Part shown: piece by piece, positions 8,853 through 17,492 of the stretch
Position numbering within the stretch: position 1 is the first letter of the stretch
How the letters are laid out: the number at the start of each line of letters is the position of its first letter
From: Burkholderiaceae bacterium
GTDB taxonomy: Bacteria > Pseudomonadota > Gammaproteobacteria > Burkholderiales > Burkholderiaceae_C
Assembly (NCBI GenBank): GCA_046348365.1
Contig: JAXMEL010000002.1
Span: 251,960-283,959 of the forward strand
Length of the DNA stretch: 32,000 nucleotides
Direction: 5' to 3'
Position numbers and translations under genes: made by a program
Notes under the pieces: generated by a model
Seen by the model: the letters and a program-made list of their open reading frames with translations, nothing else
Databases searched by the model: none
What the model was told of the DNA's origin: nothing

Positions 8853-10069
8853 CGCGCCACCTCCTCGGCGCCGTGGCGCTGCGCGGCGCCGGGCGCCGGG
8901 TAGGCCAGACTCAGCTCGACGCAGGTGCCGCCGCCCGGCCGCGACGACACCGCCAGCGCGCCCCCCAGCTGCGCCGCGCGCTGGCGCATGATGCCGAGGC
9001 CGAGGTGCGACGCATCCTCGCCGTCGTGCGCCGGCGCCATGCCGGCGCCGTCGTCTTCGATGCGCACGGCGAGGCAATCGTCGCGCTGCTCGATCGTCAG
9101 CCACACCCGGCTGGCATTGGCATGCTTGGCGATGTTGGCCAGCGCCTCCTGCACCACGCGGTAGACCTGGAACTCCTGCGCCGGCGCCAGCGCCAGCGCG
9201 GGCACGCCGTCGGCGAAGTCGAGCTCGATCTGCGTCAGCTGCTGGAACGACAGCACGGCCATCTGCAGCGCATGCTTGAGCCCGAGCGGGTCCATCGGCG
9301 CCTGCAAGTGGGTCAGCACCTCGCGCAGGTTGGTGTGCGCCGCGCTGACGGCGCTGCGCACGTCGGCGCAGTAGCGCGCCGCGCCGCCGGCATCGCCGTC
9401 GGCGATGGCCTGCTGCAGCAGCGGCAGGCGCATCTTCACGAAGGCCAGCGTCTGCGCCACCGCATCGTGCACCTCGGCCGCCATCGCCTGCCGCTCGGCG
9501 AGCACGGTGGCGCGCAACCGGTCCTGCTCGAGGCGGGCGTTGTGCAGGGCCAGGCCCAGCAACTCGCCCACCGCCTTCAACAGCGCGGCGAGTTCGTCGC
9601 CGAGGCTGGCCGGGCCGGCGAAGAACAGGCTGTACAGGCCGAGCACGCGCTCGCGGTGGCGCAGCGGCACGGCCAGCGCGCGGCGGCAGTCGAACGCGAG
9701 CACGGCATCGGCATGGTCCTGCGCGCAGGGCGCCAGGTCCTGCGCCCAGACGAGGTCGCCGCGGTTCAGCGCCGCGCCGCAGACGCCGCAGCCTGCCAGC
9801 ACCTCGCGCTTGGCGCAGCCGATCACCTGGGGCTGCCCGATCGTGCCGACGAGCAGCAGCCGGCTGCCGTCGGCGGCCAGCACGCGCACCGATCCGGCCT
9901 GGGCGCCGGCCAGCCGCATCAGCGGCGCGAGGAAGCGCTGCAGCACCTCGTTCACGTCGTCGCCGGCGGCCACGCCGGCGGTGATCTCGGCCAGGATGCC
10001 GCCATGCGCGGCGAGGCCGGGCGCGGCCTGCGCGGCGTGCAGTTCGGCGGTGGAATCGCGGCGGAACAT
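8849..10069 (-). CDS. Sensor histidine kinase, Cys-rich GAF domain + HisKA_3 + HATPase
   Basis: The likely start is MFRRDS (cat at 10067-10069); the ORF is open up to 10174. A GAF-like N-terminal half is followed by an H-box (MAAEVHDAVAQTLA) and ATPase motifs (QEALANIAKHA, DDGAGM, GLGIM). No TM segment is evident, so the protein is probably cytoplasmic. Confidence 0.75.
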   Translation of the reverse strand: MFRRDSTAELHAAQAAPGLAAHGGILAEITAGVAAGDDVNEVLQRFLAPLMRLAGAQAGSVRVLAADGSRLLLVGTIGQPQVIGCAKREVLAGCGVCGAALNRGDLVWAQDLAPCAQDHADAVLAFDCRRALAVPLRHRERVLGLYSLFFAGPASLGDELAALLKAVGELLGLALHNARLEQDRLRATVLAERQAMAAEVHDAVAQTLAFVKMRLPLLQQAIADGDAGGAARYCADVRSAVSAAHTNLREVLTHLQAPMDPLGLKHALQMAVLSFQQLTQIELDFADGVPALALAPAQEFQVYRVVQEALANIAKHANASRVWLTIEQRDDCLAVRIEDDGAGMAPAHDGEDASHLGLGIMRQRAAQLGGALAVSSRPGGGTCVELSLAYPAPGAAQRHGAEEVAR

Positions 10070-10183
10070 CGACGGGCCGTTGTGTCGGCGGCTGGAGCTT
10101 GGCCTATTTGACCCCGTTCGGGGCATGCCCGCCATCATGGCATTCGCGGCCCGGCCGGCGGCGGGGCTCGGCATTGACGGTTC

Positions 10184-11110
10184 TCACGCGCCGGACGATG
10201 TGCAGTGGCGCAGGAAGTCTTCCGCGCCGCGACCGAGGTGCTTGTCGCGATGCAGCACGATCGCCAGCCGGCGCGTGGCGCGCGGCAGCCGCGTGGCCAG
10301 CTCGACCAGCACACCCTGCTCCAGTTCGCGGGCCACCACCTCGCGCGGCAGGCAGCCGAGCGCATGGCCCGTGCCGACCAGCCGCTTGATCGCCTCGGGG
10401 CTGCCGAGCTCGAACTCCACGCGCAGCGAGCCCACATGATCGAGCAGCCAGCGCTCGACCGCCTCGCGCGTGCCCGAGCCGCGCTCGCGCAGGGCCCAGG
10501 TGGCTTCGCCCAGCTGGCGCAGCGTGGCGGTGCCGCCGGCCAGCGCGTGCGCCGGCGCGGCCACGATCACCAGCTCGTCGCTGCGCCAGCCGCGCACGAT
10601 GAGCTGCGGATGCGTCTGCCGGCCCTCGATGAAGCCGATATCGACGTCGAACGCCGCCACCGCCGAGATGACCTCGCTGGTGTTGCCGATCATCAACTGC
10701 ACCGGGCTCGCCGGATGCGCCGCCTTCCAGTCGGCGAGCAGGTCGGGCAGCATGCACTCGCCGATCGTCAGGCTCGCCGCGAGGCGCAGCGGCGCATCGT
10801 GCTCGGCGGTGAACAGCTGCTGCAGCTCGGCGGCACGGTCCAGCAGCGACATTGCCTTGGGCAGCAGCGCGCGGCCGTTCTCGTTGAGCAGCAGCCGCCG
10901 GCCGACGCGATCGAACAGCTGCGCGCCGAGCGTGTCCTCCAGCTCCACCAGCGTGGCGCTGGCCGCCGACTGCGATCGCGACACCTGGTCGGCGGCCGCG
11001 CGCACGGTGCCGGCGCGCGCGGTGGCCGCGAACACCTCGAGCTGGCGCAGATTGACCCGCAGGCGCTGGCCGGCGAAGGGCGGGCGGGCTTGATCGGATT
11101 TTCCGGGCAT
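10184..11110 (-). CDS. LysR-family transcriptional regulator, divergent from sat-aprBA
   Basis: The start is at MPGKSDQ (cat at 11108-11110). The HTH region is LRQLEVFAATARAGTVRAAADQVSRSQSAASATLVELE, followed by a LysR substrate-binding domain. The upstream part of track ORF 10184-11836 is antisense to sat and was discarded. Confidence 0.85.
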   Translation of the reverse strand: MPGKSDQARPPFAGQRLRVNLRQLEVFAATARAGTVRAAADQVSRSQSAASATLVELEDTLGAQLFDRVGRRLLLNENGRALLPKAMSLLDRAAELQQLFTAEHDAPLRLAASLTIGECMLPDLLADWKAAHPASPVQLMIGNTSEVISAVAAFDVDIGFIEGRQTHPQLIVRGWRSDELVIVAAPAHALAGGTATLRQLGEATWALRERGSGTREAVERWLLDHVGSLRVEFELGSPEAIKRLVGTGHALGCLPREVVARELEQGVLVELATRLPRATRRLAIVLHRDKHLGRGAEDFLRHCTSSGA

Positions 11111-11129
11111 GCTGACCGCTATTGTCAGC
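11111..11129. promoter_or_regulatory. Perfect inverted repeat GCTGAC-N7-GTCAGC in the LysR/sat divergent intergenic region (candidate operator)
   Basis: The sequence gctgaccgctattgtcagc abuts the LysR start codon and lies 36 nt upstream of the sat ATG. The only A/T-rich stretch of the region (ctttttctttgatt) follows it. Confidence 0.3.
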
Positions 11130-11164
11130 TTTTTCTTTGATTGCGCGGTGCCTAGGATCGCCCC

Positions 11165-12382
11165 ATGAAACCGCTCGTACGCCCTCATGGCGGCGGGGCC
11201 CTGCGCCCGTTGTTGCTGGCCGGCGCCGAGCTCGCGGCAGAACGCGCGCGTGCCGCCACGCTGCCGAAGATCCGCGTCAGCTCGCGCGAGCGCGGCGACA
11301 TCATCATGCTGGGCATCGGCGGCTTCACGCCGCTCGACGGCTTCATGGGCAGCGCCGACTGGCGCGGCGTGTGCGACACCATGCGCATGGCCTCGGGCCT
11401 CTTCTGGCCGATCCCGATCACGCTGTCGACCGACGCCGGCAGCGCCGGCGCGATCCAGCCCGGCCAGCACGTGGCGCTGACCGACCCCGACGACGGCCAC
11501 GTGCTGGCGACGATGCGCGTCGACGAGAAGTACGGCATCGACAAGGCGCATGAATGCGTGCGCATCTTCAAGACCACCGACGTGGAGCATCCCGGCGTCA
11601 AGATGGTGATGGAGCAGGGCGAGGTGAATCTCGCCGGCCCGGTCAAGGTGCTGTCGCAGGGCGGCTTCCCCGAGAAGTACGGCGAGCTGTTCCTCACGCC
11701 CGAGCAGACGCGCAAGCTGTTCACCTCGCTCGGCTGGTCGCGCATCGCGGCGTTCCAGACGCGCAACCCGATGCACCGCTCGCACGAATACCTGGCCAAG
11801 GTGGCGATCGAGGTCTGCGACGGCGTGCTGGTGCATTCGCTGCTCGGCGCGCTCAAGCCCGGCGACATCCCGGCCGAGGTGCGCACCGAAGCCATCGCCG
11901 TGCTAGCGAAGAACTACTTCGTGCCGTCCACACTGGTGCAGGCGGGCTACCCGCTCGACATGCGCTACGCCGGCCCGCGCGAGGCGCTGCTGCATGCCCT
12001 GTTCCGCCAGAACTACGGTTGCTCGCACCTGATCGTCGGGCGCGACCATGCCGGCGTGGGCAGCTACTACGGGCCGTTCGAGGCCCATCACATCTTCGAC
12101 GAGATCCCGGCCGACGCGCTCGAGACGCGGCCGCTGAAGATCGACTGGACGTTCTGGTGCTACCGCTGCGGCGGCATGGCCAGCGCGCGCACCTGCCCGC
12201 ACGACGAGAAGGATCGCCTGCTCGTCTCGGGCACCAAGCTGCGCAAGTGGCTGTCCGAGGGCGACGAGGTGCCGGCCGAATTCAGCCGGCCCGAGGTGCT
12301 CGACGTGCTGCGCAAGTATTACGCCGGCCTCGCGGCCGATGAACGCGTGGAAGTGAAGCTCACGGGGCACTCCGCCCGCTGA
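11165..12382 (+). CDS. sat: Sulfate adenylyltransferase (dissimilatory-type ATP sulfurylase)
   Basis: The 405-aa product has motifs [13 protein letters not shown] and GRDHAGVG. aprBA follow directly. Confidence 0.9.
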   Translation: MKPLVRPHGGGALRPLLLAGAELAAERARAATLPKIRVSSRERGDIIMLGIGGFTPLDGFMGSADWRGVCDTMRMASGLFWPIPITLSTDAGSAGAIQPGQHVALTDPDDGHVLATMRVDEKYGIDKAHECVRIFKTTDVEHPGVKMVMEQGEVNLAGPVKVLSQGGFPEKYGELFLTPEQTRKLFTSLGWSRIAAFQTRNPMHRSHEYLAKVAIEVCDGVLVHSLLGALKPGDIPAEVRTEAIAVLAKNYFVPSTLVQAGYPLDMRYAGPREALLHALFRQNYGCSHLIVGRDHAGVGSYYGPFEAHHIFDEIPADALETRPLKIDWTFWCYRCGGMASARTCPHDEKDRLLVSGTKLRKWLSEGDEVPAEFSRPEVLDVLRKYYAGLAADERVEVKLTGHSAR

Positions 12383-12404
12383 ACGAAACAAGGAGCGACG
12401 ACAA

Positions 12405-12875
12405 ATGCCGACCTATGTGCGAACCGACAAGTGCGATGGCTGCAAGGGCCAGGACAAGACCGCGTGCATGTACATCTGCCCGCACGACCTGATGAAGCTC
12501 GACAAGGACGGCTCCGAGACCGGCCATGCGATGCGGGCCTTCAACCAGGAGCCCGAGCAGTGCTGGGAGTGCTACTCCTGCGTGAAGATCTGCCCGCAGA
12601 ACGCGATCGAGGTGCGGCATTACGCCGACATCGTGCCGCTCGGCGGCTCGGTGCAGCCGCTGCGCGGCTCCGACTCGATCATGTGGACGATCAAGTTCCG
12701 CAACGGCACGCTCAAGCGCTTCAAGTTCCCGACCCGCACCACCGAGGAGGGCTCGATCCAGCCCTACGCGGGCAAGACCATGCCCAAGCTGGCCGACATC
12801 GACAAGCCGGGCTACTTCACGCCCAGCGGCGGCTACCGCAAGGGCCGCGACGGCGAACTGCTGCGTGTGAAGTGA
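12405..12875 (+). CDS. aprB: Adenylylsulfate (APS) reductase beta subunit
   Basis: AAGGAG lies about 9 nt upstream of the ATG. The N-terminus MPTYVRTDKCDGCKG...CMYICPHD is typical of AprB. A second cluster motif (CWECYSCVKICP) is present. The product is 156 aa. Confidence 0.9.
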   Translation: MPTYVRTDKCDGCKGQDKTACMYICPHDLMKLDKDGSETGHAMRAFNQEPEQCWECYSCVKICPQNAIEVRHYADIVPLGGSVQPLRGSDSIMWTIKFRNGTLKRFKFPTRTTEEGSIQPYAGKTMPKLADIDKPGYFTPSGGYRKGRDGELLRVK

Positions 12876-12907
12876 TCGGCTGAACCCCAGAACCAAGCGA
12901 GAGAAAC

Positions 12908-14935
12908 ATGGGAACCTTCGAGAACCCCGAAGTCGTCCAGGAAGACCTGGACATCCTGCTGATCGGCGGCGGCATGGCCTGCTGCGGAGCGGCCTACGAG
13001 ATGATGCGCTGGGCCGAGGCCGTGAAGGCCGAGACCGGCGTCGACCTCAAGATCAAGCTGGTCGACAAGGCCGCGATGGACCGCTCCGGCGCGGTCGCGC
13101 AGGGCCTGTCGGCGATCAACACCTACATCGGCCCCGAGCAGGACCCGGCCGACTACGCGCGCATGGTCTCGAATGACCTGATGGGCATCACGCGCGACGA
13201 CCTCGCCTACGACCTCGGCCGCCATGTCGACGAATCGGTGCACCTGTTCGAGGAATGGGGCCTGCCGATCTGGAAGACCGACGCCGACGGCGTGCGCCAC
13301 GACGGCGCCGAGAGCCAGAAGGAAGGCCTGCCCGCGCTGAAGGACGGCGGCAAGCCCGTGCGCTCGGGCAAGTGGCAGATCATGATCAACGGCGAGAGCT
13401 ACAAGTGGATCGTCGCCGAGGCGGCCAAGAAGGCGCTCGGCCTCGACCGCATCCAGGAGCGCGTGTTCATCGTCAAGCTGGTGAATGACAAGAAAGACCC
13501 GAGCCGCATCGCCGGCGCGGTGGGCTTCTCGGTGCGCGAGAACAAGATCTACGTCTACAAGGCCAAGGCGGTGCTGCTGGCCGCCGGCGGCTGCGTCAAC
13601 CTGTTCCGCCCGCGCTCGGTGGGCGAGGGCACCGGCCGCGCGTGGTACCCGGTGTGGAACGCCGGCAGCACGTACTCGATGGCCGCCGAGGCCGGCGCCG
13701 AACTCACGATGATGGAAAACCGCTTCGTGCCGGCGCGCTTCAAGGACGGCTACGGCCCGGTGGGCGCGTGGTTCCTGCTGTTCAAGGCCAAGGCCGTCAA
13801 CGCCTACGGCGAAGACTACATGGTCAAGAACAAGGCGTTGCTCGACGACTACCCGCCGTACGGCCAGGCCGCCGTGCCGGCCTCGTGCCTGCGCAACCAC
13901 CTGATGCTCAAGGAGATGAAGGAAGGCCGCGGCCCGATCTACATGGACACGGTCACCGCGCTCGGCAAGCTGCGCGAGACGCTGAGCCCGAAGGAAGTGA
14001 AGCACCTCGAAGCCGAGGCGTGGGAAGACTTCCTCGACATGTGCATCGGCCAGTGCGGCATCTGGGTCGGCGAGAACATCGAACCCGAGAAGAAGATGAG
14101 CGAGCTGATGCCCACCGAGCCCTACCTGCTCGGCTCGCACTCGGGCTGCTGCGGCATCTGGGTGTCGGGCCCGACCGACCTCGGCGCGCCGACCGCGGCC
14201 GACGGCGACCTCGACGGCGTGCCGGCGCACCTGCCGCGCGGCTGGAGCTGGGGCTACCGCTCGATGACCACCGTGAAGGGCCTGTTCACCGCCGGCGACG
14301 GCGTCGGCGCCTCGGGCCACAAGTTCAGCTCGGGCTCGCACGCCGAAGGCCGCATCGCGGCCAAGGCGATGGTCAAGTACGCGCTCGACAACAAGGACTT
14401 CAAGCCCGAGCTCGACACCGATGCGGCCACGCTCGCCGAGCAGATCTACGCGCCGGTGCGCACCTTCCTGAAGCACAAGGACTACACCACCGCGATCGAC
14501 GTCAACCCGCACTTCATCACGCCCAAGATGCTGCAGTTCAGGCTGCAGAAGATCATGGACGAGTACGTGGCCGGCGTCGCCACCTACTACAACACCAACG
14601 ACGTGATGCTCAAGGTGGCCGAAGAGAAGCTCGAGCTGCTGAAGGAAGACGCGGCCAAGATGCGCGCCAAGGACCTGCACGAGCTGCTGCGCGCCTGGGA
14701 GAACTACCACCGCATCCTGACCGCGGAAGCGCACATGAAGCACATCCAGTTCCGCGAGGAATCGCGCTACCCGGGCTTCTACTACCGCACCGACAAGAAC
14801 TGCGTCGACGAGAAGAACTGGCACGTGTTCGTCAACTCGACCTACGACAAGAACACCAAGAAGTGGACCTGCTTCAAGCGCAAGCACGTCGATCTGGTCG
14901 ACAAGAGCAAGCTCTTCAAGCCGGCCGCGCATTGA
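12908..14935 (+). CDS. aprA: Adenylylsulfate (APS) reductase alpha subunit (FAD)
   Basis: The 675-aa product has an N-terminal FAD fold (DILLIGGGMACCGAAYE) and a fumarate-reductase/AprA-like body. It lies directly downstream of aprB. Confidence 0.9.
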   Translation: MGTFENPEVVQEDLDILLIGGGMACCGAAYEMMRWAEAVKAETGVDLKIKLVDKAAMDRSGAVAQGLSAINTYIGPEQDPADYARMVSNDLMGITRDDLAYDLGRHVDESVHLFEEWGLPIWKTDADGVRHDGAESQKEGLPALKDGGKPVRSGKWQIMINGESYKWIVAEAAKKALGLDRIQERVFIVKLVNDKKDPSRIAGAVGFSVRENKIYVYKAKAVLLAAGGCVNLFRPRSVGEGTGRAWYPVWNAGSTYSMAAEAGAELTMMENRFVPARFKDGYGPVGAWFLLFKAKAVNAYGEDYMVKNKALLDDYPPYGQAAVPASCLRNHLMLKEMKEGRGPIYMDTVTALGKLRETLSPKEVKHLEAEAWEDFLDMCIGQCGIWVGENIEPEKKMSELMPTEPYLLGSHSGCCGIWVSGPTDLGAPTAADGDLDGVPAHLPRGWSWGYRSMTTVKGLFTAGDGVGASGHKFSSGSHAEGRIAAKAMVKYALDNKDFKPELDTDAATLAEQIYAPVRTFLKHKDYTTAIDVNPHFITPKMLQFRLQKIMDEYVAGVATYYNTNDVMLKVAEEKLELLKEDAAKMRAKDLHELLRAWENYHRILTAEAHMKHIQFREESRYPGFYYRTDKNCVDEKNWHVFVNSTYDKNTKKWTCFKRKHVDLVDKSKLFKPAAH

Positions 14936-15504
14936 TGGCCCGCACCCGACTCGCCCTGCTCGCGCTCGCCGCTGCTGCGCTGCCCGCGCTGGCGCAGCAG
15001 CCGGCGTGGCTCGACGACGCGCGCAAGGTCGCCACCTCGGTGCCGCCCAAGCTGCTTGCCGTGCTGCAGGCCGAGATCGACAAGGGCGGGCCCGAGAACG
15101 CGATCGCGGTGTGCAAGGAGCAGGCGCCGCAGCTTGCGAAGGAGGCGTCCGACGAATCGGGCTGGGCGGTGCGCCGCGTCAGCCTGCGCAACCGCAACCC
15201 GAAGGCGGTGCCCGATGCGTGGGAGCGCGCGGCGCTGGAAGACTTCGACCGCCGCGCCGCTGCCGGCGAAAACCCGGCCACGCTGGAGAAGGCCGAGGAA
15301 GTGAAGGACGACGCCGGCAAGCCGGTGCGCCGCTACATCCGCGCGCTGCCGACGCAGCAGTTGTGCCTGCAGTGCCACGGCCCGGTCGAGCAGCTCAAGC
15401 CGGCGGTGGTCGAGCGCCTGCGCGCGCTCTATCCCGAGGATCGCGCCACCGGTTACCAGGCCGGGCAGATCCGCGGCGCGATGACGCTGCGCCGCGCGCC
15501 CTGA
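14935..15504 (+). CDS. Exported DUF3365 (Tll0287-like) monoheme c-type protein
   Basis: ATG 14935 overlaps the aprA TGA by 1 nt (TGATG). The product has a signal peptide (MARTRLALLALAAAALPALAQQ) and a single CLQCH motif. The body (AIAVCKEQAPQLAK...WAVRRVSLRNRNP...GYQAGQIRGAMTL) is typical of DUF3365. Confidence 0.7.
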   Translation: MARTRLALLALAAAALPALAQQPAWLDDARKVATSVPPKLLAVLQAEIDKGGPENAIAVCKEQAPQLAKEASDESGWAVRRVSLRNRNPKAVPDAWERAALEDFDRRAAAGENPATLEKAEEVKDDAGKPVRRYIRALPTQQLCLQCHGPVEQLKPAVVERLRALYPEDRATGYQAGQIRGAMTLRRAP

Positions 15505-15515
15505 AGGAGACCGCG

Positions 15516-16019
15516 ATGCGACGACTCTTCGCCTGCGGCGCGCTCGCCGCGGCTTGCGCGCAGGCGCAGGCCGGCACGCTGATGTCAGAGGAATGGACGG
15601 CGCAGGCTTGCGAGCAGTGGAACCACACGGCCACACTGACCGACGAGCTGGCCGCCACGTGGATCAAGAACGACGGCGGCAAGGGCTTCAAGGTGGTGCA
15701 GCTGTACCGCACCGAGTGCGGCGAGGCCGGCCGCACCGAGCTGCGCATCGCTGGCAAGGACGGCAAGGCGCTGTGCAACTACGGCGGCAAGCTGCAGACG
15801 GCGCAGCTCGATTCCGGCGTGGACTACGTGATGCACGCCAGCACCGAGCGCTGGGGCGAGATGGGGCGCGGCGAATACGGCCCGATGCGCGCGATGATGT
15901 TCGGCCGCCTCAACTTCGTCGGCCCGAAGATGGAAGCCATGGGCGTGATGGGCCCGTTCGAGAGCTTCCTGCTGCTGGTGGGCAAGGTCGCCGGCGACAC
16001 GGCCGCGTGCCCGCAGTAG
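15516..16019 (+). CDS. Exported SCP2 (sterol-carrier-protein-2)-like protein, six Cys
   Basis: AAGGAGA lies 6 nt upstream of the ATG. The product has a signal peptide (MRRLFACGALAAACAQAQAG). Its C-terminal segment AMMFGRLNFVGPKMEAMGVMGPFESFLLLVG resembles the SCP2 consensus (..M.GK..I.G.M..AMKL..L). Confidence 0.55.
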   Translation: MRRLFACGALAAACAQAQAGTLMSEEWTAQACEQWNHTATLTDELAATWIKNDGGKGFKVVQLYRTECGEAGRTELRIAGKDGKALCNYGGKLQTAQLDSGVDYVMHASTERWGEMGRGEYGPMRAMMFGRLNFVGPKMEAMGVMGPFESFLLLVGKVAGDTAACPQ

Positions 16020-16046
16020 GGCGAGCGGCGTATCCTGCGAGCTCGA

Positions 16047-16068
16047 AAGCCGGCGCCCGAGCCGGCTT
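16047..16068 (+). terminator. Inverted repeat aagccggc-N6-gccggctt (possible hairpin/terminator; no U-tract)
   Basis: An 8-bp stem is visible in the 68-nt gap between the SCP2-like and YkgJ-like genes. Confidence 0.2.
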
Positions 16069-16087
16069 GCAGTCAACCAGCGCCATC

Positions 16088-16978
16088 ATGAGCGACACGC
16101 CGCCCTTCGTTGCCAGCCCGGTCACGCCGCAAACGCTCGAGGGCAGCGCGCCGCTGCAGTTCCAATGCCGCAAGGGCATCGCGTGCTGGAACGCCTGCTG
16201 CAGCAACATCGACATCGCGCTGACGCCGGTCGACATCGTGCGGCTGAAAGCCCGGCTCGAGCTGGCGTCGTCGCAGTTCCTGGCGCAGTACACGTTGCCG
16301 TACGAGATGGAGAAGGACGGCATCGCCGGCGTCAAGCTGAAGCCGGTGGACGGCGGCACCGCCTGCCGCTTCATGACCGACGCCGGCTGCAGCGTCTACG
16401 ACGACCGCCCCACCGCCTGCCGCTACTACCCCGTGGCGCTGCTGTCGATGCGCAAGCAGGACGAGGCGGTGGACCGCCAGTACTACGCCATCGTGCGCGA
16501 GGACCACTGCCTCGGCCACCGCGAGCCGCGCACGCAGACCATCGACGCCTACCGCGCCGAGCAGGGCGTGGTCGAGTACGACGAACTCGCGCGCGGCTGG
16601 CGCCAGCTGGTGCTGAAGAAGAAGAGCACGGGCCCGACGGTGGGCAAGCCGAGCAAGCGCAGCCTCGAGCTGTTCTTCATGACCTGCTACGACGTCGACC
16701 GCTTCCGCTCGTTCGTGGCGAGCGACGCCTTCTGCGGCGTGTTCGACCTGCCCGACGACGAGCTGCGCCAGGCGCTGATCGACGACCATGCGCTGCTGCT
16801 GTTCGGCTACCGCTTCCTGCGCCAGGTGCTGTTCGGCGAGATGACGATCCCGATGAAGGCCGCCAGCGTCGAGCAGCGCCGCACCCGCATGGTCGAGCAG
16901 CGCGCGCGCATCGAGCGCGAGGCCGCCGAGCGGCTGGCGCGCGACGACGACGACGGCGGCGCCTACGTCGACGTCTGA
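16088..16978 (+). CDS. YkgJ/UPF0153-family Cys-cluster (putative Fe-S/Zn) protein with long C-terminal extension
   Basis: ATG is at 16088. The family motifs are C-x6-C-x3-CC (CRKGIACWNACC) and ACRFMTDAGCSVYDDRPTACRYYP. The product is 296 aa and has no signal peptide. Confidence 0.7.
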   Translation: MSDTPPFVASPVTPQTLEGSAPLQFQCRKGIACWNACCSNIDIALTPVDIVRLKARLELASSQFLAQYTLPYEMEKDGIAGVKLKPVDGGTACRFMTDAGCSVYDDRPTACRYYPVALLSMRKQDEAVDRQYYAIVREDHCLGHREPRTQTIDAYRAEQGVVEYDELARGWRQLVLKKKSTGPTVGKPSKRSLELFFMTCYDVDRFRSFVASDAFCGVFDLPDDELRQALIDDHALLLFGYRFLRQVLFGEMTIPMKAASVEQRRTRMVEQRARIEREAAERLARDDDDGGAYVDV

Positions 16979-16980
16979 CG

Positions 16981-16996
16981 GCGCGGCGCGCCGCGC
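16981..16996 (+). terminator. 16-nt perfect GC palindrome followed by cttgtgtt (weak terminator candidate)
   Basis: The palindrome gcgcggcgcgccgcgc begins 3 nt after the YkgJ-like stop. Only a short T-containing tract follows. Confidence 0.25.
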
Positions 16997-17006
16997 CGCG
17001 CTTGTG

Positions 17007-17027
17007 TTGCAACCCTGGCCGTTGCAG
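17007..17027. promoter_or_regulatory. Dyad TGCAAC-N7-GTTGCA, candidate enhancer (UAS) for a bacterial enhancer-binding protein
   Basis: The sequence is ttgcaaccctggccgttgcag. It is centred about 100 bp upstream of the sigma54-type promoter candidate at 17107-17122. Confidence 0.3.
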
Positions 17028-17106
17028 AAAGCCGCGAGCACGGCGCAGCGCACACGCTGATTGCAGTTTTCATCGCGCCAGGCGTGCGCCGGCGCCGGCA
17101 AGCGCT

Positions 17107-17122
17107 TGGCATGCAAGCTGCT
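17107..17122 (+). promoter_or_regulatory. Sigma54 (-24/-12) promoter candidate TGGCAT-N5-CTGC
   Basis: The sequence is tTGGCATgcaagCTGCTt. GG-N10-GC spacing is exact, and 14 of 16 positions match TGGCACG-N4-TTGCW. It lies about 65 nt upstream of the first TusA-like ORF. A sigma54-dependent activator is encoded at 29832-31253. Confidence 0.45.
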
Positions 17123-17187
17123 TGTCGACTGCTCGCGAGGAAGCCGAGGTGACGACGAGCAGCTCAGGTTGGTGGTCGCGCTGGCGC

Positions 17188-17481
17188 ATGCGCCGCGCGC
17201 ACGAACCCGCGCCGCCGCGACCCGAGGTCGACCTGCCGGGCCTGGGCCCGACGCCGATCGCGCAGTCGGTCGACTGCATCGGCGCCATGTGCCCGCGCCC
17301 GCAACTGTTGACGATGAAGGTGCTCGGCCATATGCAGATCGGAGAAGTGATCGAAGTGCGCTGCGACAGCGCGCCCGCGGTCGAGGGGTTTCCCGCCCTC
17401 GCGCTGTCGCTGACCAGCACGCACCTGGCCACGATCCGCGAGCCCGCCGGCTGGCGCGTCTATCTGCGCAAGGGCCAGTAG
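17188..17481 (+). CDS. TusA/SirA-family sulfur-carrier protein (CPxP motif)
   Basis: The product contains VDCIGAMCPRPQLLT, matching the TusA D-x-x-G-x-x-CPxP signature. An alternative in-frame GTG at 17149 lies 6 nt after AGGAAG and may be the real start. Confidence 0.7.
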   Translation: MRRAHEPAPPRPEVDLPGLGPTPIAQSVDCIGAMCPRPQLLTMKVLGHMQIGEVIEVRCDSAPAVEGFPALALSLTSTHLATIREPAGWRVYLRKGQ

Positions 17482-17492
17482 ACGTGCGTTCG

